From contig NC_058373.1 of assembly GCF_018350175.1 (NCBI RefSeq), positions 118,174,001-118,238,000 of the forward strand: 64,000 nt of DNA, written 5' to 3'. Source of the DNA: Felis catus. Its lineage: Eukaryota. Within the stretch, counting starts at the first letter, position 1; every line of letters begins with the position of its first letter. This document shows, piece by piece, positions 54,901 to 64,000 of this stretch. Under the pieces are notes generated by a model that saw nothing but the letters and a program-made list of their open reading frames with translations, was not told where the DNA came from and ran no database searches. The translations under genes were made by a program, and so were the position numbers.

Positions 54901-56159
54901 AATTAAATGGAACGTGGCATTTTCTATCAGTAGACATTACAGGTGAATTGTAATAATGAGTCTGGTGCTATTTTTTATGTCCAAAAACAAAGAGTGCCAC
55001 TTATGGAGGCAGCTGCCTTCGGTTCAGAACCAGGCTCCTCTCCTATCAGTTATTGGCCGTCTGTTATTAATCACAATGCTCAACCCCTAAATCTTAGTTA
55101 TTGTGAAGAGTAAATGAAAAAATACATATAATACATTTAGAACAGTATCAGTAAATGTTAGCTGTTATTTTTCAAAATATAAAATCCCATAATCAAGGCA
55201 ATAATTCCTGTTTACTGCTAACAAACCTGAAGTTTAGAGAAGTAAAGTATTTGCCCAGGCTTACAGTGTTGATCTAGAATCTGAATCCCAAGTCCAGTAT
55301 GCTTTCTACTGTGTTACATTATTTCTCCCATTTACCCCTCTTTCTACCATACATGATACAAATTATTTCTACAGAGCTTTGAGTTCCTTTAAGAGATTGT
55401 ATCCATCATTTAGAGTAGTGATTCTCAACTCCCTTTTTATAAGGTCTGAAGATTTTTTAATTTGTCACACAGGTTCTAAAAATTCTTAAAAGTCACTTTA
55501 ATTGTTCTAAAAATAAGGGAGTTTATCATTTAGCGATTCTGTAAGGGGCAGCATGTCATAAAACCGAGATAGTTACAGGACACAGCCCCTTCAAACGGGT
55601 TGAAAATCTCATTATTTCAGAGCACGGCAAATTTCCCTTTTGTCATTCAAAACAAATCAAAGTGGAAGCAGTGAGAGCTGAGAATTCTTTGTGTGCTTTA
55701 GTATATGAGTGGTAGTAGTATAAAAGGAGACATGACCACTTGCAGGTGTGAGGGGTTTTTTTACTTAAATGCATCTGAATGATGACAGTGTCAACACAAG
55801 CTGTCAAGTCTTCCTTGACAAATGTAGCTACCCATTTTAATAGTGTTAAATATTTGAAATTTTCTGTACTTCTGTGTTTTGAATTTTTATGGCACAGAAA
55901 ATGTAAGAAAAATTGCAGTTGATGGAAAGAGAAAGAATTAAAAATAGCTGAGGCAAATCTCCTCCTCTCTGAGTTGCTATTTTTATGAAATAGGCCACTT
56001 TTCAGCTCCACATGCATTCTGAGGCTTGCATATTGTGAAATGCTTTTGACAGGAGAACAAAAGAAATACTAAAGTTTCTCATGCAAAGATTTATTATTTT
56101 GTTTTCTTTAAATTTACTTCCCTCTTACTTCAAGTATCCCTAAGTAGTACCTACACTGG

Positions 56160-56396
56160 TTTTTATTTTTTTTTATTTTTTATTTTTTTTTCCAACGTTT
56201 ATTTATTTTTGGGACAGAGAGAGACAGAGCATGAACGGGGGAGGGACAGAGAGAGAGGGAGACACAGAATCGGAAACAGGCTCCAGGCTCTGAGCCATCA
56301 GCCCAGAGCCTGACGCGGGGCTCGAACTCATGGACCGCGAGATCGTGACCTGGCTGAAGTCGGACGCTTAACCGACTGCGCCACCCAGGTGCCCCC
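56160..56396 (-). mobile_element. Young SINEC_Fc-type CanSINE upstream of exon 8
   Basis: TSD-like CCTACACTG on both sides; same diagnostic bases as the other young copies. Confidence 0.9.
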
Positions 56397-56889
56397 CTAC
56401 ACTGTTTTTAAAAAGGAGAGGGAATGAATCTTTTACTCCATATTTTGAAAAATGGAGTAATTCCCTCTATTAAATTCCTCTCAGTGTAAAGCTTCCATCT
56501 GTGGCTCCTGATAAGATTTGTTTGGAAGTGGCTTGTCTTTGTTTCTGCTTATTGGAGATCGGAAATTCCAATAAGCAGAAATAAGAACTTGTCATTATCT
56601 CTGCCTCTTTTCTTCAAACTGGGAAGAGGTATTCCTAGAACTCAGTAATGATACACTGTTAACCAACTAGCAGGCAAAACCAAAATGAAATTTACGTGGA
56701 TCTTCTGTGTGGTTTTGTGTATCTTGTTTAGGTTGTCCCTTCCCCCCCACCAGTTTACCTGCTGTTTATTTCATATTCATTCAACATCTTCCCCTCTAAA
56801 TAAGACATTACCCCTTTTCCCTTGGTTAATTCCTCCCTAGCAGACCCATTTACAAGTTGAGCTGATATATTTTTCCAGATTAAAAATAA

Positions 56890-57033
<144 letters not shown>

Positions 57034-57259
57034 TAGTAATCAGCTTAGAATTTATAGGAACTCAAACACAAGTGGTTGTGGTCGTTATCGTCTACTTTTT
57101 CTCATTTTAAAAGCATAGATAACATTAAGGGAACTTCTACACATTCCTGTTTCCTTGGTAACTACTGTCTTCCACTTGAACCTAGTTCAAGACAGTTTTC
57201 AATAGATACAGAACTAGAAGAAATAGGGGTGCCTGGGTGGCACGGTCAGCTAAGCATCC

Positions 57260-57263
<4 letters not shown>

Positions 57264-57295
<32 letters not shown>

Positions 57296-57484
57296 TTTTG
57301 GGACAGAGACAGACAGAGCATGAACGGGGGAGGGGCAGAGAGAGAGGGAGACACAGAATCGGAAACAGGCTCCAGGCTCCGAGCCATCAGCCCAGAGCCT
57401 GACGCGGGGCTCGAACTCACGGACCGCGAGATCGTGACCTGGCTGAAGTCGGACGCTTAACCGACTGCGCCACCCAGGCGCCCC
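57264..57484 (-). mobile_element. Young SINEC_Fc-type CanSINE nested in an older + strand CanSINE (57226-57650)
   Basis: TSD AAGCATCCGATT at 57252-57263 and 57486-57497 splits the host SINE. Confidence 0.9.
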
Positions 57485-59316
57485 AAAGCATCCGATTCTT
57501 GATTTCAGCTCAGGTCATGATTTCATGGTTCGTGAGTTTGAGTCCTGCATCGAGCTCCATGCTGATGGTGCAGAGCCTGTTTGTGATTCTCTCTTTTCTC
57601 TCCCCGCTCCTCCCCAGCTCACCCTGTCTTTCTCAAAAATAAATAAACTTAGAGAAGAAGAACTATTTAGATAATGGGGAGCCAGTGTTCTCATTTAAAG
57701 TCTCGTATGTCAAGAATGAGCATTTGTTATGTACACTTACTGCCAGCGAAGCTTGCCCTAATTCATTGAAAGAATGGTACTGTTCCTTCACAATCTGTTT
57801 GCTCCTCTTGTTGTTATTTTGGGGTCATATTCTTCCTAATCATTTGGTACATAAGCATTTGGGCTTTGACCAGATCTGCTGCCAGAGCACTGTGGGGGAC
57901 ATAAAGATGTTTAAGATACTTTGCCTTCCTTAAAGCTCCTTTGCTTACAGTTTAGAGTGTATAAATAAGCAACATCCAAGGCGTTCTTACCTGATCCAGA
58001 AGTGGCACAAAGTGTCAAGAGAATTCGAAGAGGGAAAAACCTGGCTGGGGGATCAGGAAGGCTTCATGGATGTGATAGCATTTGGATTGATTGAACCTTT
58101 TAAGGATGGTAGGATTTCTGCAGACACAGATGGAAGAGTTGATTCCATAAGGGGGTTTATCACAAGACTGTCTTTGAGACATAAGAATGGGGCATCTTTA
58201 TCAGATTTCAGATGTTCAGATTGACTACAACACGGAGTACAAATTGGAAAGGCAGATTAGGGCAAGAAGGCAGATTAGGGCAAGATCAAGGAAGCTTTGT
58301 GTGTCTGGCTTAGATATCTGTATGTGATCACTGAGGAATCACAAAGGTTCTTGAGCACAAGAGAAATGTGATCAGAGCTGTGGCTTTATAAGCTTGCAGC
58401 ATTGTGCAAGATGAATTGGGGGCAGTGAAAACTGAGGTAATGGGAAGCATAACTAAGCAGATAATGCTGCAATTTAGGTGGGAGATGATGAAGGTCTGAA
58501 TTTTGGTGTTGGGAATGGCAGTCAAGGGAGAGGACTGACAAGAGGTTTTGGAGGTAGAATTAGTAGGTAATTCCTAGCAACCGATGAGAGAAGTCTTAAG
58601 CCTGAAGGAAAGGTGATGATGAAACATTTCTCTTGTTTGAGGAATGTTTAGTTTTGTCTGGGCACATATCTTATTTAGTTGATGGGACCTCTGAGTCATC
58701 CAGGGAGAAATTTCCACCAGAAGTGTAGAAGCAAAGTGCTAGTTCTTGGGGAAAGGTTGACATTAGAAGTGCAGAACTGAAAGGGTCATTGTGGCAGTGG
58801 TAGTTGAAGCTTTGGGAGTGGATGAGTGGTTCAGACAGAAGTGGATGAGGAGAGGTTGTCAAGGAGAGAACTTTGTCAACTCCTGTGTTTAGAGAGTGAG
58901 AAAATGAAGAGACAACAATTAAAGAGAGGAAAATATCAGACAATTGGAATAGCCAGGACTTTCCACTTCAAAAACGAGTATCAGGACTTGTTTTCCTTGT
59001 CAGTATGTGAAGTGGCTACATAGTATTCTCTTACATAGATGCTCAGAAATAGGTGTCCTTATTGGTAGACCTGTAGATCATTTCCATTTCTTTTCTGTCA
59101 CAAACAGTGCTTGCAGAGAGCATACATTTTTTGTGAATATTTTTGTAAGATGCATTCTTAAAAATGGAATTGCTGTGGCGCTGGGGTGGCTCAGTCGGGT
59201 AAGCATCCGACTTTGGCTCAGGTCATGATCTCACGGGTTTTGTGAGTTCAGCCCCACATTGGGCTCTGTGCTGACAGCTCAGAGCCTGGAGCCTGCTTCA
59301 TATTCTGTGTCTCCCT

Positions 59317-59787
59317 TGTTGCATCCACACGACTCCTGAAACAGAATGCTACGGGCACCAGTGACAGTCACAACAAAGTTTATTGCAATGAGAGGCAAGG
59401 CTGTCCGATCGGGACCAACACTCTTGATCAGAGTGCGGCCCCAAACAGCCGGGGTACAGAGTTTTTAAAGCCGATCACATAGTTTTATCATTACCTGGGA
59501 ACAGAACAGAGAAACAGTTCCCAGATGAGTTAGAAACAGTTCCCAGATGAGGTGATTATTTTAGACTTTCTTCGCTAAGTTGCAACCAGTGGATCTCCTT
59601 GACATTGCCTGTGATGCTCTTTTCTTTGAGCTTTTGTTTCCTTCATTGGTAAAGCCTGATTTACAAGAGTAGGAAGCATAATTTACAAGAGTAAAGCAAG
59701 GCTGTTATCTCTTGACCTTCAGTGTCAGAACAAAGCTCTTATTTTTCAAGCTACGAGTTAGCCCTACACTACAATTTAACCCTTACA
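59317..59787 (-). mobile_element. Solo LTR (ERV1-like, 471 bp) inserted in a + strand CanSINE (59175-59876)
   Basis: TG...CA termini split the SINE at TCTCCCT|CCTCTCTC; AATAAA on the - strand (59379-59384); internal direct repeats; host SINE TSD AAATGGAATTGCT. Confidence 0.85.
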
Positions 59788-61984
59788 CCTCTCTCTCTGC
59801 CCCTCCCCCCTCATGTGCACGCAATCTCTCTTTCTGTCTCTCAAAAATAAATAAACGTCAAAAAAAATTTTTTTTTAAATGGAATTGCTAAGTCAAAAGA
59901 TGTATGCCTTTAAATTTTGATAGATCCAAATTGCCTCCTAAAAAGGCTATACCCGTTTATATTTCCTTTAGTAGTGTTAAAGTACCAGTTTCGTTATACC
60001 TTCATTATTACGTGTGAGTGAAACAAATAGGCAAAAAATAACCTCTTATTTATTTTGCATCTTGGGTTATTAACTAATAACTATTAGTGATTATTTGGAC
60101 TTTTTTTTCATGTTTTTCTTAGCTATATATATTTCTTATTTTGTGACTGGGTATAGTATTGTTTTACATGTTTTCAAAAGTTTTAATTGTGCAACTGATT
60201 ATGCTGGAAAATATTAAATATGGTAGATAAAGCAAAATTTCACTGTAACTATCATCCCCAATCATAATACCTTACTAGCAGTTACCCCTATAATCAATAT
60301 GATACATATCCTTGTAGGCTTTTTTTTTTTCTTGCCTATTATTCTGTTGGGTTATTAGAAAAGCAATTTTAAGGAGAGAATGTCAAATGCTACAAAGAAG
60401 CCAAAGATAATGAGGACTAAATAAACCATATAGATTTGGGTGCCTTGGACATCTTCAGTGGCAATTAAGAGAGCATTTCAGTAGAGTGATAGGACCAGAG
60501 GCAATAGCTCCTAAGGGAAGGAAGTGTGTCTGTTTTGCTGTTGCTGATCCTGGCAGTGGAATTGATGGTGTGGCCAGAGAATGGGTGGTGCAGGAGGGTT
60601 GGGACAGTACACATCACCTACTGCTGCAGATTCCTGTCTCATAGCCAGGGCAGTGGTGACGAGAGGAGAGCAGGTCTGAGGAAAGGTGTTGGCAGGAGAC
60701 AGAAGATGTAACTGTGTTTCTAAGGTTGAGAGGAAGGAGCCTGTGGAGAAAGCCTTTGAAACGACCAGCAAGAAGGAATGATTAATGGAACAAGGTTATC
60801 AACAAAGCAGGTAGAAATTGCTCTAGGAGTTCAGGAAGAGGAATTAGATGAGAACAGGGAAAGACCTGGAAAGAAGGAAAAAGGAAGACGGAAATGCAGA
60901 GGGTAGTGAGACATAGTGAAAGATACAGGTAAAGTTGAGAGCACATGTTAGTTGACCTTAATCTTCTTGTGAACTCGATGTGAGGTCACTTGCGGGAGGT
61001 GGAAAGGTGGGGACTGTGCTTGTAGCTAGAGAAGTCTGATAAAGTGTTAAGAAACCCATTGTCTGGAATGCAAGGATCGTTGTGTTACTCTTTCTCCAGT
61101 ATAAATTTATTATCATCTGCTTCCTGTGTTTTTTAGCAGAAAAGAACAGATGACGTTTTGAACATTTTACTCCTAATCACATTTGGGTGTGAGCTTCTTA
61201 TGTGTTATTCCTGGAAATAAAAATCCATTTATGTTTTTTATATTTGTGCATACAGAATGTTCCACCAAATGTTAATAATGAATGCTGGTTAGAAGTAACC
61301 TAAGTATCCATCAAAGGGAACACTTGCAAATTATTCTGGTACAATCATAAAATAGATAACTGTACAGCCATTAAAAAGAATGAGGCAGTGGGGCACCTGG
61401 GTGGCTCAGTCAGTTAAGCATCTGACTCTTGATTCCGGCTCAGATCGTGATCTCACGGTTGTGAGATCGAGCCCAAGTTGGGCTCTGTGCTGGGGCTTGG
61501 AGCCTGCTTGAGATTCTCTCTCCCTCTTTCTTAGCCCCTCTCCTGTTAGCATGCTCGCTCACTTTCACTCTCTCTCTTTCAAAAAAAAAAAAAAAAAATG
61601 CAGTAGCTCTGTATATGTCCAGTTGTGTTTTCTTTTTTAATGTTAAAGATGACATACTAAAAACAGAAAGCAAGATTGAAAGCAGTAATGCAGTGTCCTG
61701 TGGGAGGAGTAGGGGAAAGGAGCTGTCTATGGATGTCTGCATACATGCAATCCTGATGATACTTTTTAAAAACTGACAAAAGGCTAGTAGTGTTTACCTC
61801 TGAGAGGTGGGATTTAGAGATTTGGTAGCTTTTATATTTTTCTTTATACCTTTCTCCACTTGTAGAGTTTTAATTGTCCCTTGTGTTTTTTAAAAAGTTA
61901 ATTATGGATGTCAAAGGGGAGGGATTTTGAGTTTTTAAATTATTATTTGTGTTTTCATAATTTTACATTGTTTTACTGTTCTGT

Positions 61985-62449
61985 CTACTGTTAGCTTCTG
62001 TCACAATAATGTGGTGACACATTTAAGGTGGTTTAAAACTGAAACCTTAAAACTTTAAAACTCAGTGCCTTAAAAATACGAGTCACTTATCACCGCCCTG
62101 CCCCCTGCCCCTCCCCCCCCCATATCTGCAGGTGGTTTGATTCACTGATCTGATCTGAGTTGGCTGTTCTAGCCCAGCTCCACGTGCTCCCTTCCTTCCA
62201 GCAGTGGGCTCCTCGAAGACCTGTTCTTACTGGCTAGAGGAACGACAGAGCAGCAGCAAGGCCTTTGAAGGCCTAGGCTCGATGTTAGCATGCCGTCACC
62301 CCTTCCACATGTCATTGGTTGAAGCAAACCACATGGCTGAGCCCCAGGTCAGGAAGAGGAGGAGAACGACATGCCGTTCACAGTAGCCATGGCACGAGCA
62401 TGGGTGCAGGAGGGGTGAAGAATTGGCAGTGGTTTTTCAGTTTGCCACA
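61985..62449. mobile_element. MLT1-type (MaLR) solo LTR
   Basis: AAAACTCAGTGCCTTAAAA...CATTGGTTGAAGCAAACCACATGGCTGAGCCC...TTTGCCACA. Confidence 0.6.
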
Positions 62450-63569
62450 ACATTAAACATACATACTGATTTTATACAGCAAATAAGCATTTACTTTGTT
62501 GTTTTAAAATATCATTTGCATGTCACATTTTTAAAAACTCAAGTCTGCATAACATTTGACATTCTAAGATATTTTAACAGTAATTCAACATATGTGGAAA
62601 AACATTAAGCATAAACCTTTACCTTCTGTGTATATCAGACAGGTCCAAGAAAGCATCTGTTCTCATGAAATACTAAATCTGTCATGAGGATTTTATAAAT
62701 CACTGAGTTTGAGAGGGCTTCTTTTTTTTTTTTTTTTTTTTTAATATTTGTTGTTTTATATTAGAGTATGAGTAAAGGAGGGTCAGAGAGAGGGAGACAC
62801 AGAATCCGAAGCAGGATCCAGGCTTCAAGCTGTCAGCCCAGGGCCTGATGCAAGCTCAAACCCACAGACCCTGAGATCATGACCTGAGTTAACCAGTTGA
62901 ACCATTCAGGCGCCCCTACTATTTGCTCTTTAAAAATGCTGTCCTTTGGGGCTGCTTGGGTGGCTCAGTTGGTTAAGCATCTGACTCTTGATTTTGGCTC
63001 AAGTCATGATCTCATGGTTTGTGAGATCGAGTCCTACATCAATCTCAGGCTGCACTGGCAGCTTGGAAGCTGCTTGGGATTCTCTGTCTCCCTTTCTCTC
63101 TGTCCCTCCCGCCCCAAAATAAAAAACATTAAGAAAATAATTTTTAAAAAAGCAATCCTTTTTTGCATTTCTATACTCTTCCCCAGTTAATGATATTTGG
63201 TTTGCAAAAGCATCTTATCCTCACAAAATGTGAGCAGCATTTTTTTGTTTTCTGTTTCCATCAATCTGACAGGAAAAATGTACACCTGGCTTTGGAACTA
63301 AATCATTCTTCCCTAGTAGAGGTGGTCTACTCTGGTAGCTTATCAAAAACTGAGGCTAATAGTTCCTTGAGGGTAGATCATTTCATTCAAAGCATTTCTT
63401 TGATTTCATATCAGTTTGGGGGAGTTTAGATTATGTTAATTTTTAAAATTGCATATTTTTCTAATCTGAGATGTTTGGTGTTAAAAGTTTCAGAAGTGGG
63501 TTTTTAGATATTATTTTAGTAATATTAATTCATTCAACAACTACATATTCTGTTCATGATAAGTTACAT

Positions 63570-63765
63570 CAGTGGTTAGCAAATTACTGCCTGTAGCCAA
63601 ATCTGGCCCACAACCTGTTTTTGTACAGCCTGTATGCCAAGAGTGGTTTTTACAGTTTTAATAAAAAAGAAAAGAAAAGAGAAGAGTATGTGACAGAGAC
63701 CAGATGTGACCCATAAGCCCAAAACATTTATTTGGCTCTTTATAGAAAAAGTTTGCTGACGCCTG
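63570..63765 (+). mobile_element. MER58-family hAT element
   Basis: Terminal inverted repeats CAGTGGTTAGCAAA and TTTGCTGACGCCTG. Confidence 0.75.
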
Positions 63766-64000
63766 ATATCCATGGTACTATTAATTTTTTTTTTAATGTT
63801 TGTTTATTTTTTGAGAGAGAGAGAGACAGTGCGAGTGGGAGAGGGGCAGAGAGAGAGGGAGATACAGGATCCAAGCTGGCTCCAGCTCCAAGCTATTAGC
63901 ACAGAGCGCAATGTGGGGCTTGATCTCACGAACTGTGAGATCATGACCTGAGCCGAAGTTGGATGCTTAATTGAGTCACCCAGGCGCCCCTCCATGGTGC

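Noticed and set aside
58249..58284. 18-bp tandem duplication AAGGCAGATTAGGGCAAG
   Set aside because: Ordinary slippage duplication within old L2-like sequence.

Overview
Mammalian genomic DNA, very likely from a felid (domestic cat or a relative), judged by the tRNA-derived CanSINE/SINEC_Fc repeats and carnivore L1 3' ends. The window holds the 5' two-thirds of presenilin-1 (PSEN1) on the + strand: a CpG-island promoter and non-coding exon 1 (~7.18-7.33 kb), non-coding exon 2, and coding exons 3-8 (868 coding nt, Met1 to Ser289, including the split codon for catalytic Asp257). Exons 9-12 lie beyond the window. The introns are dense with transposable elements: about 65 CanSINEs, L1/L2 fragments, MER/MLT fossils, two solo LTRs and a decayed class III (ERV-L-like) pol gene. 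Almost all ORF-track entries are repeat-derived noise. I found no convincing wholly new gene system. The best leads are uORFs in the PSEN1 5' leader, inverted-SINE architecture around exons 2-3 and in intron 6, the nested ERV/LTR fossils, and features around exon 8. Comparisons with human PSEN1 and repeat-family names come from recall, not from alignment.
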